From the IMG/VR virus record IMGVR_UViG_3300046002_003876, positions 1 to 30,311 of that record: DNA of 30,311 bases, one strand, 5' to 3'. Both the position numbers and the translations under genes were made by a program. The number at the start of each line of letters is the position of its first letter. Position 1 is the first letter of the stretch. Source of the stretch: a virus (lineage: Duplodnaviria > Caudoviricetes). Under the pieces are notes generated by a model. The model saw only the letters and a program-made list of their open reading frames with translations. It was not told the DNA's origin and ran no database searches. Positions 16,249 through 24,300 of this stretch are shown here, piece after piece.

Positions 16249-16787
16249 GGATACACGACGTCTTTGAGGAAATGAACCGGCTCGCGCTGGCGGGCTACTA
16301 CGTGCCCCACAGCATCGAGTCGATGGGGCAGGAGTGGCACAAGGCCTTGGAGCATATTGACGCCGAGCGGCTGACGCGCGCGGTGGACAACCTCATGGCC
16401 AAGAAGACCGACCGCTGGTGGCCGACGCTGGCCGAGCTGCTCGCGGAAGTCACGGCCCTCAAAGCGCCGGACCAGGTGGTCTCGCGCAAGTGCCCGACCT
16501 GCGCGGGGTCGACGTGGATCGACGCCGTGCCATTCCGCGGCTACGGGCTTGGCGAGACCGTCTACGAAGGCGTCAGGCGCTGCCCAGACTGCCGAGTGCC
16601 GCCGCCTGATACTAGCCACCTCGCGAAGTCGCAGATGCCAATCAGCGCCGCCGAGCAGCGCGCACGGGCGAAGCTCATGCCCACGGCGGTGACCATGACC
16701 GAAGCGGAGTTTCTGGCGCGCCTGCAGGCGATGGGACAGCACAGCTTGGCGGCACGTATCGCAGGTCCGGAGGCATCATGCCAGTGA
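16245..16787 (+). CDS. Putative helicase loader/inhibitor (G39P-like) with C-terminal zinc finger
   Basis: W...LEHID...L..AV..L......WPTLAEL motif following the initiator, plus CPTC...CPDC. Confidence 0.6.
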   Translation: MRIHDVFEEMNRLALAGYYVPHSIESMGQEWHKALEHIDAERLTRAVDNLMAKKTDRWWPTLAELLAEVTALKAPDQVVSRKCPTCAGSTWIDAVPFRGYGLGETVYEGVRRCPDCRVPPPDTSHLAKSQMPISAAEQRARAKLMPTAVTMTEAEFLARLQAMGQHSLAARIAGPEASCQ

Positions 16788-17128
16788 AGAAAATCTGTAT
16801 CACCTGCAAGAAGGCCTTCGACGCGCCACGCGCCGTGCAGAAGGCCTGCTCGCGCAAGTGCCGGAAGCGCACGATTGGCCCGGAAGAGAAAGCCAGGCTA
16901 CGCGCGTGGGCCGAAGCCGCCGGCAAACGCGGGGCACTGGCCACGAAGCGCAAGCACTTTGAGCGTGTCCGGGCGATGATTGGCGAGATTGACGCGCCCA
17001 CGGCCTACGCGAAGGCCTACCGGAAGGGCTATCATGCCGGAGCCACTACGGGATACAACCGCGGCTACACCAAAGGCTACGAAGCCGCCCTCAAGGAGCA
17101 TGGACTATGGACCGAACCGCTCGACTAA
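16778..17128 (+). CDS. Hypothetical zinc-binding protein
   Basis: CITC.K.F...CSRKC and C-terminal GY repeats. GGAGG RBS. Confidence 0.6.
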   Translation: MPVKKICITCKKAFDAPRAVQKACSRKCRKRTIGPEEKARLRAWAEAAGKRGALATKRKHFERVRAMIGEIDAPTAYAKAYRKGYHAGATTGYNRGYTKGYEAALKEHGLWTEPLD

Positions 17129-17328
17129 TCTGCGAAGGCCGCTGCAATCCCGGGCTGGCCGAACTGGACGCCGCACGCCGAGACGCCACGGCCCACCTGC
17201 GGATGCCAGACGCCGTGTGGTTTGCCGCTCACCGGCAGCTCAGGCACACGCTCCATGCCGAGCAGCGGGGGCCGTTCTTCACGTCCGCATGGGCCTGCAC
17301 GGTCTGCGGCACGGTGCGGAAGTGGTGA
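17107..17328 (+). CDS. Hypothetical protein, possible zinc ribbon
   Basis: AAGGAG upstream. CEGRC and CTVC. Confidence 0.55.
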   Translation: MDRTARLICEGRCNPGLAELDAARRDATAHLRMPDAVWFAAHRQLRHTLHAEQRGPFFTSAWACTVCGTVRKW

Positions 17329-17372
17329 AAATTGTTAAGGATGTTAAATCTTTCGGGGGCTGAATAAATCTA

Positions 17373-17401
17373 TTGACACGCTGAAAGTAGGCATGTAAAG
17401 T
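17373..17401 (+). promoter_or_regulatory. Strong sigma70-type promoter
   Basis: TTGACA - 17 bp - TAAAGT, AT-rich upstream tract, hairpin TGTCGGC/GCCGACA (17408-17428) at the predicted 5' end. Confidence 0.8.
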
Positions 17402-17447
17402 GGTTTCTGTCGGCGGGCGGTGCCGACAACAACCAACGGAGGACACC

Positions 17448-17717
17448 ATGACGAATACGGACTGGACACGGAACACCACGATTGGCAACGCAACCAACCC
17501 CGGCGTGCAGGATACCGGCACCGGAGCATTGGCCATTTATGAAATCAACTCAGCCTATCCAGGGGTGCAGCGCATCACGGTGCGCCCGTATGCTGGGCGA
17601 GGTGCCACGACGCGCTATTACGTCGACGGGCAGGGCCGTCGCCATGCCTCGCCCACCGCGGCGTCGCTCATGACTGGCGCATCCATCGAGCGGATGCTGA
17701 CAGGACGGTCGTTCTAA
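17448..17717 (+). CDS. Hypothetical protein, first gene after the strong promoter
   Basis: GGAGGA RBS before ATG 17448. 89 aa. Confidence 0.7.
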   Translation: MTNTDWTRNTTIGNATNPGVQDTGTGALAIYEINSAYPGVQRITVRPYAGRGATTRYYVDGQGRRHASPTAASLMTGASIERMLTGRSF

Positions 17718-17784
17718 TGTGGGCCTGGCTTCCGCGCTGGCTGCGATGGCGGCTGGCGCGGATCGCCATACGGAGGATGATGCG

Positions 17785-17982
17785 ATGACACCGGACACAC
17801 TGTGGGTAAGTTTGATGCTCGGCGTAATGGTCGGCATGGCGGTCGGATTCACGGCCGCGTGGCGTCTGGCGCGGAAGCTGGAGTTCCACGCCGTGAGCCT
17901 CGCCAAGTGGGACGAAGACGACTGGCAGCAGCGGCAGGAAGTGGCCACGACACGCCTGCGCCGCGTGGCAGGTGAGCGATGA
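17785..17982 (+). CDS. Small membrane protein
   Basis: GGAGGA RBS. N-terminal hydrophobic helix. Confidence 0.6.
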   Translation: MTPDTLWVSLMLGVMVGMAVGFTAAWRLARKLEFHAVSLAKWDEDDWQQRQEVATTRLRRVAGER

Positions 17983-18014
17983 GTGGTGAACAGAACACGT
18001 CGGAGGAGACAACG

Positions 18015-18851
18015 ATGCATGTCACGATTGAGACTATTACGCCAGCGCGTGCGGCTGAACTGCTAACCGCAAACACCAACAACCGACCGCTGCGCAGCAC
18101 GGTCGTCTCGCACTACGCAAGCGAGATGAAGACCGGGCGTTGGCTGCTGACGCATCAGGGCATCGCGCTGAACTGCGACGGGACGCTGCTGGACGGCCAG
18201 CATCGGCTCGCAGCCATCGTGGAGAGCGGTATGCCGCAACGGATGGTGGTGACACGGGGGGTACCGTCGTCCTCGCAGATTGCGATGGACGACCACGCGA
18301 AGCGAACGGCCTCTGACTCGATTTCCTTGGATCGCGGGGAAGTAGTGACACAGACGACGGTCGCCATTGCGAGGAGCGTAATGCGGTATGCCAAAGGCGA
18401 TAATCGGCAGGTGTCCAAACAGGAAGTTGCGCAGATGATCGACACGCTGCGATCGCCGCTTGAGTTCATTGCGCCGTTTATTGCGGTGAAGCAGCGTGGG
18501 GTCACGGCGGCGTGTGTGTGGAGCGCGGTGGTACTTGCGTGGTTTTATGTGCGTGACCTCGACAGGCTGGGCGACTTCTGCCGGATTCTCTGTGGGCAGG
18601 AACTGCCTAGCGGCGACGGAGACAAGCCCGCGGTGCTGTTGCGGGAATGGCTGCTGCGGACGGGTGTACGACAGTCGACGTACCATGAGGCGTTTCGTAA
18701 GACGCAGCGGGCAATCGTGGCGTTCATGGAGTATCACTCCATCGGGAAGCTGTACGGCACCTCGGTGCATTACCCGTGGCCGCTGATTGATCCTGTGCGG
18801 TCATGTGCATCGCAGTCGACGGCTGGAAGGCGCGTTGCAGGTGAGCGATGA
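18015..18851 (+). CDS. ParB/Srx-like (DGQHR) domain protein
   Basis: ITP..A..LL..N.NNRPL, LLDGQHRLAAIVESG. GGAGGAG RBS before ATG 18015 (in-frame ATG also at 17979). Confidence 0.75.
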   Translation: MHVTIETITPARAAELLTANTNNRPLRSTVVSHYASEMKTGRWLLTHQGIALNCDGTLLDGQHRLAAIVESGMPQRMVVTRGVPSSSQIAMDDHAKRTASDSISLDRGEVVTQTTVAIARSVMRYAKGDNRQVSKQEVAQMIDTLRSPLEFIAPFIAVKQRGVTAACVWSAVVLAWFYVRDLDRLGDFCRILCGQELPSGDGDKPAVLLREWLLRTGVRQSTYHEAFRKTQRAIVAFMEYHSIGKLYGTSVHYPWPLIDPVRSCASQSTAGRRVAGER

Positions 18852-19159
18852 GCTGCACGCCCGGTGAAGTGAACCTCCGCTGCCTGCGCCTCCAAGCCGA
18901 CCGCATTGCCCACGCGCAGCGCTATACGGCCGACCTGATGGTCTGGGCGGCTGACACCATCGAGGCGCTCCAGCAGTCCCAGCGCGACCCGCACGGCTGG
19001 CAGGACATGGACGTCTACACGCCTCGTCCGGGTTACGTGCTGGTGCAGGACGGCGAAGAAATCTACCGGGCGCGCCGCATCGGTGGCACCTGGTATTGCG
19101 ACGACGACACCATCGTCTACCCGTCCAGGTGGATGAGTTTCGAGGCGGTGACGCGATGA
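18848..19159 (+). CDS. Hypothetical protein
   Basis: ATGA-coupled on both sides. C-terminal W......P..GYVLV...W...P.RWM resembles DUF551-type phage proteins. Confidence 0.55.
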   Translation: MSCTPGEVNLRCLRLQADRIAHAQRYTADLMVWAADTIEALQQSQRDPHGWQDMDVYTPRPGYVLVQDGEEIYRARRIGGTWYCDDDTIVYPSRWMSFEAVTR

Positions 19160-19431
19160 TGCCGCACACGCCAACCATTGACCTTGACCGCTGGGGCCGC
19201 AACATCCGCGAGGCGACCAGCCGGGACATCATGGACCAGCTGCTATACCACGCCGTGTGCGGCAGCAGCTACGCCGCGCGGCACGGCGACGAGACCAGCG
19301 CCAACGTGTATGCCAGTCTGGCGAGGCTCATCCGCTACGAACGCGCCAAGCGGTTCCAAGTGCATGACGAAGGCATCACGCACCATGCGGCCGACAGTGG
19401 CTACCGCGAAGCCCTGCGGAGGATGCAATGA
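19156..19431 (+). CDS. Hypothetical protein
   Basis: ATGA overlap, 91 aa, phage-like codon usage. Confidence 0.55.
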   Translation: MMPHTPTIDLDRWGRNIREATSRDIMDQLLYHAVCGSSYAARHGDETSANVYASLARLIRYERAKRFQVHDEGITHHAADSGYREALRRMQ

Positions 19432-19550
19432 CGGCACTGCTCTGGGGCATTGTCATTGCCGCCGCCTGCCTGCTGGTGGTGGTGCTGGTGGCGCTGCTGT
19501 CGGTGTGTTTTGACTATCTGGTGGACGAGCCCGGAGGACGCGATGACTGA
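19428..19550 (+). CDS. Small membrane peptide (not in ORF track)
   Basis: GGAGGA RBS, ATGA overlap. MTALLWGIVIAAACLLVVVLVALLSVCFDYLVDEPGGRDD. Confidence 0.55.
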   Translation: MTALLWGIVIAAACLLVVVLVALLSVCFDYLVDEPGGRDD

Positions 19551-19731
19551 CGAACAGGCCATCCAGCAGCGTATTGACGCGGCAGTCAAGGCCGAACGGG
19601 AACGCATTGGCCAGTTGTTGGCTGACCAGATGGCCTACTGGCAAACCGATGACGAGTGGCGAGAATTGGCGGGCATGTGGCAAGTGCTGGTTAGGCTCGT
19701 GGAAACTGGGAAACGCCATGACGCGCGATGA
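19543..19731 (+). CDS. Hypothetical protein
   Basis: GGAGGA RBS. AVKAERERI motif common in small phage proteins. Confidence 0.6.
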   Translation: MTDEQAIQQRIDAAVKAERERIGQLLADQMAYWQTDDEWRELAGMWQVLVRLVETGKRHDAR

Positions 19732-19895
19732 ACAGCCACAGCGGCGGCGTATGTGTATAGCAAATGGCGGTTTGCTTGGTGTATCTGAGCGATCTGTATA
19801 GTTGAGCGAAATGAACGGAGGGACGCGATGACTCCGCGCAACAATGACCGCATCGGCGCAACAATTAGACCCTACGCGCAACACCGGAGACGACG

Positions 19896-20120
19896 ATGAC
19901 CACACCGCGTGACACCTACTACCCATGTCCACCAGCCGCGTGGCGCTACCGCACCGGCCTTGACGCGGACTGGCACCTTGCCGCGCACGACCCGCGCGAC
20001 TGGGGGAGCCAGCACTGGATTGTTGAACCGCTCTACAGCATTCGAGAACTCTACGACGCCTTACACCTGGTCCTGCATGGAGGCCCCGATGCCACAGAAG
20101 ACCCTCGCCCCGACGCATAG
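19896..20120 (+). CDS. Hypothetical protein
   Basis: GGAG RBS. PAAWRY...VEPLY pattern. Confidence 0.55.
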   Translation: MTTPRDTYYPCPPAAWRYRTGLDADWHLAAHDPRDWGSQHWIVEPLYSIRELYDALHLVLHGGPDATEDPRPDA

Positions 20121-20433
20121 CGGCAAGGCCCGCCCACGCTGCAAGTGCGGCTGCGGGCAAACCATCCCGTGGCGCGACGGCTCGCCAGGACTCAAGCAGC
20201 GCCTTTACGTCAATAGCGAGCATCGCGCCGCCTACTTCCGCAGGGAGCGCAAGCAGGTGCGTCCCGCCAACCTGCGACGGCCGGGGCAACTCGTCCACGC
20301 CAGAAGCCTGGACGACCTCCAGAAGCAGCTCCGGACGCCAGCCATTGGCGACATTCCGAGCAGCGAAATCGAACGGCTGATTGCGCAGGCGCGGGCCGAT
20401 ATTCGCTATCGGCGGGCACTGGCGCAGTCTTGA
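20089..20433 (+). CDS. Hypothetical basic protein with CKCGCG motif
   Basis: GGAGG RBS before ATG 20089. CxCGCG metal-binding motif. Confidence 0.6.
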   Translation: MPQKTLAPTHSGKARPRCKCGCGQTIPWRDGSPGLKQRLYVNSEHRAAYFRRERKQVRPANLRRPGQLVHARSLDDLQKQLRTPAIGDIPSSEIERLIAQARADIRYRRALAQS

Positions 20434-20507
20434 CGGTTGGCGCAGCCCTTATTCTTGGGGCGGTCCTCGTCGTGGTGCTCTGGGCAGACGGTTACCTGGA
20501 CCGATGA
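20430..20507 (+). CDS. Possible 25-aa hydrophobic peptide
   Basis: TTG start overlapping the upstream TGA. MTVGAALILGAVLVVVLWADGYLDR. Confidence 0.35.
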   Translation: MTVGAALILGAVLVVVLWADGYLDR

Positions 20508-20536
20508 CCGTGCTACCATCACGACGGGGACCACCT

Positions 20537-20674
20537 ATGCCCAAGAAACTCGAAGCCGAACTGCGGAAAGAAGCCAAAAAGAAAGGGTTGACCGGTGCCA
20601 GAGCCGACGCCTACGTTTACGGCACCCTCCGGAAAACGGGCTGGACGCCGTCCACGCAGACCTACGGCAACTAG
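20537..20674 (+). CDS. Small basic protein
   Basis: GGGGA RBS. MPKKLEAELRKEAKKKGLTGARADAYVYGTLRKTGW. Confidence 0.6.
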   Translation: MPKKLEAELRKEAKKKGLTGARADAYVYGTLRKTGWTPSTQTYGN

Positions 20675-21026
20675 CCCGAAGCTGACGAAGGCGCAAGCGA
20701 CCTTGCTGGCCCTCACGGCTGACCTCGGCGCGGTGCCCGAATACCGGTTCCATCCCGTCAGACTCTGGCGCGTCGATATCGCCTTCCCTGGCCACAAACT
20801 CGCCGTGGAAATCGACGGCGGCATCTGGAACGGCGGCCGACACGTGCGCGGTCTCGGCGTCATGGGCGACTGCGAGAAAATTGCCGCCTTGGCCATTGCC
20901 GGGTGGCGCTTTCTTCGCGTGACCCCCCAGCACGTGACCAGTGGCGTGGCCCATGCGTGGGTGCGCGCCGCCATCCAATCCAAAATATTGGATGGACTCC
21001 AAACGTCCCCAAGATTTGAGGGTTAA
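20595..21026 (+). CDS. PD-(D/E)XK endonuclease, Vsr/DUF559-like
   Basis: EYRFHP.R.WR.DIAFP..KLAVEIDGG.W..GRH.RG.G...DCEK...A...GWR.LR. True start uncertain, possibly downstream. Confidence 0.8.
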   Translation: MPEPTPTFTAPSGKRAGRRPRRPTATSPKLTKAQATLLALTADLGAVPEYRFHPVRLWRVDIAFPGHKLAVEIDGGIWNGGRHVRGLGVMGDCEKIAALAIAGWRFLRVTPQHVTSGVAHAWVRAAIQSKILDGLQTSPRFEG

Positions 21027-21029
21027 CCC

Positions 21030-21383
21030 ATGGCCGCACCAGCAGGGCAGTATCACATCATCACCGACCAAGGCGCGACGTTCACGCGCCAGCTCACGTG
21101 GAAAGACGACACCGGCGCGGCCGTCAACTTGACGGGCTACACCGCTCGGATGCAACTCCGGACGTCGGTGGCTAACGATTCTGTGGTCCTTGAACTGACC
21201 GACAGCAACGGCCGGATTGCCCTCGGCGGCATGGCAGGCACGATCACGCTGACTGTCACGGCCGCGGACATGACGACGCTGCCGCCGCAGAAGTATGTCT
21301 ATGATCTGGAGCTGGTGAACGGAGCGGTGGTCACGCGCTTAGTGCAGGGCACCTTCACGGTGAGAGCCGAGGTGACGCGATGA
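21030..21383 (+). CDS. Ig-like virion structural/adaptor protein (BppU-N-like)
   Basis: QGATF...LTWKD..G.AVNLTGYTARMQLR...GTITL...YVYDLEL...RLVQG.F.V..EVT. Confidence 0.65.
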   Translation: MAAPAGQYHIITDQGATFTRQLTWKDDTGAAVNLTGYTARMQLRTSVANDSVVLELTDSNGRIALGGMAGTITLTVTAADMTTLPPQKYVYDLELVNGAVVTRLVQGTFTVRAEVTR

Positions 21384-24300
21384 GCGTGGAGTATCATGAC
21401 CGGCCCAACACGGTCAACGTCGACGAGGACCAGCGCAGCGTCGAAAACGTCGACCAGCCAAACGTCGTTGAGGTTATCGACAACGGCACTACCGTCACGG
21501 TTGTGGCGTCCGTCGGGGCCATTGGCCCGCAGGGACCAGAAGGCCCACAGGGGCCGCAGGGAGTGCCAGGCGCGGTGCAGTCCATTACGGCGTCGTCACC
21601 GCTGTCGGTGGTGGGCAGTCTCAGCCCCAATATCAGCCTCAGCGGAATTGTCGGTGTCGCTAATGGTGGCACCGGCGCGTCGAGCCTGACGGGATACGTT
21701 TACGGCAATGGAAGTAGCCCGTTCACCGCGTCACTGACAATCCCGAATAGTGCCGTCTCTGGCCTTGGCACGATGGCCCTGCAAAACGCTACCAGTGTAG
21801 CCATCACCGGAGGCACGGTTACCGGCGTAGCCGTGCCAAGTGCAGGGGCCATCAACTGGGACGGCGGTGCAGCGCCAATGGCATGGGACACCACAGATAG
21901 CACGCTGACGCTGGCGCTCAACGCGAATGTGAGTTACCGACTGGGCGCGCAAGAGCTAGTGCGTGTCATGAACCGCACCGGCACGACAATCGCCAAAGGG
22001 AAAGCGGTCTATATCCTCGGCGCACATGGCGACCGGCCAGAAGTGGCGCTAGCTGATGCATCCGGAGAACTGACCGCCGCTACGACCCTTGGCATCACCG
22101 CAGAAAGCATCGACCATACAGCCGAAGGGTTCGTCTGTATCACGGGCATGCTGCGTGGTATCAATACGAACGCGCTAACTGAAGGCGCGCTGGTCTGGCT
22201 GTCTCAGACGGCTGGAGAACTGACCAACACGCGCCCCACGCAGCCATTGCACGGCGTCTTTATGGGGCTATGCGTGCGGCAGGCTCCGGGCGACGCTGGC
22301 ATCCTATACGTCTCGGTCGTCAATGGGCAGGAACTGGACGAGCTGCACGACGTGCTGATTACCAGCCCCACGGCTGGACAGCTCTTCAAGCGCAACGCAG
22401 GCAACACGTTGTGGGTCAATGCCACACCTGGTGCGCTGACCAAGACCGACGACGCCAACGTGACGCTGACGCTTGGTGGAAGCCCATCGGCCGCGCTCGT
22501 GAACGATGCCTCGCTCACGCTGGGTTGGACGGGCACGCTGGCCGCGTCGAGACTGAACGCCAACGTCGTGCAGAGCGTGACGAATGACAGCAACGTCACG
22601 GGCAGCATTGCGTCGCAGCGCTTGACGCTGGGCTGGACGGGCACGCTGCCTGCCTCGCGGCTCAATGCCAGCGTGGTGCAGAGCGTCACGAATGATACGA
22701 ACGTGACCGGCAGTATCAACACGCAGAACCTGACGCTCGGATGGACAGGGCAACTGGGCGTGGCGCGTGGCGGCACTGGGACGGCGACGCTGACTGGCTA
22801 TGTCAAGGGCAACGGCGTGTCTGCCATGACCGCGGCGTCCACGATTCCCAGCAGCGACATTACCGGGCTGGGCACGATGTCGGCGCAGAACGCCACGAGC
22901 GTGGCCATTACGGGCGGCACCATCTCCGGCATTGCGGACTTGGCCGTCGCGGACGGCGGCACCGGGGCGTCGACCGCGCAGGCCGCCATGAACACGTTCG
23001 CTGGGGCAGTGACCTCCGGGCAGTATCTGCGCGGCAATGGCTCCAACGTCGTCATGTCGGCCATCCAAGCGGCCGATGTGCCCACGCTGAACCAGAACAC
23101 CACGGGCACGGCGGCGGGCCTGTCCCAGACGCTGGCCGTCAGCAGCGGCGGCACGGGCACGACCTCGTTGACCGGTTACCTGGTGGGCAACGGGTCGTCG
23201 GCCTTTACGGCTGTATCGAGCATTCCCGGCTCGGCCATCTCAGGCAACATCGCTGGCAATGCCGCAAACGTGACCGGGCTGGTGGCCGTCACCAATGGCG
23301 GCACCGGCGTGGGCAGTCTGACGGGGCTGGTCAAGGGCAACGGCACCTCGGCCTTTACCGCCGCGACCTCTGGCGTTGACTACGCGCCTGCTACCTCGGG
23401 CACGGCCATTCTCTACGGCAACGGCTCGGGCGGCTTCAGCGCGGTCAGCATCGGCGCGAACTTGTCCTTTACGGGCGGCACGCTGTCGGCCACTGGCGGC
23501 GGCGGTGGCGTCTCGGCTGTCACCGCTTCTGCGCCGCTGGCCTCGTCTGGAGGGGCCACACCGGATATTAGCTTTACCGGCACGCTCGGCATTGCCAATG
23601 GTGGCACTGGGCAGACCACAGCGGGCAACGCCTTTGATGCGCTGGCTCCGACGACGACACTGGGCGACGTCATCTACCACGACGGCACCGACAATGTGCG
23701 GCTGGCTGGGCAGACGACGACCACGCGCAACTTCCTGCGGCAGACGGGCACGGGCAGTCTCTCAGCCGCTCCGGCGTGGGACACGGTGACCAAGACCGAC
23801 GTGGGCCTGTCGAACGTGGAGAACACCGCGCTATCCACGTGGGCGGGGTCTGGCAATCTGACGACCACAGGCACGATTCGCCCCACGGCTGATGACGGCG
23901 CAGCGCTGGGCGTGTCTGGCACGGCCTACAGCGATGTGTATCTGGCCAGTGGTGCGGTGGTGGACTTCAATGCCGGTGACGTCACCATCACCCATAGTGC
24001 CGCCAGCAGTGGAGGCCTGACCTTCGCTGGTGCATCGGCCGGGTATACGTTTAGCAACGGCGATGTGATGATTCAGTCGGTCCGAGTGGGTAAGGGCGTC
24101 AATGCGCTTGCCGAAAACACCTGCGTGGGTGTGAGCGCCTTGAGCGCAGTGACGACTGGTAGCCATAACACCGCAGTAGGCTGGAATGCGCTGAATGCCA
24201 ATAGCAGCGGCACATATAACGTGGCGCTTGGGCGCAGTGCATTGCTCGCCAATACTAGTGGCATTCAAAATGTTGCGCTTGGCGCATTGGCGCTGTCTGG

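Noticed and set aside
18015-18851. Plasmid-prophage partition system
   Set aside because: No ParA or parS array seen. Lone ParB-like DGQHR genes are common in phage accessory regions.
19732-19899. Promoter (TATAGT at 19797) and 23-aa mini-ORF 19828-19899
   Set aside because: No -35 at proper spacing and the ORF is too short to support. It may be a gene remnant.
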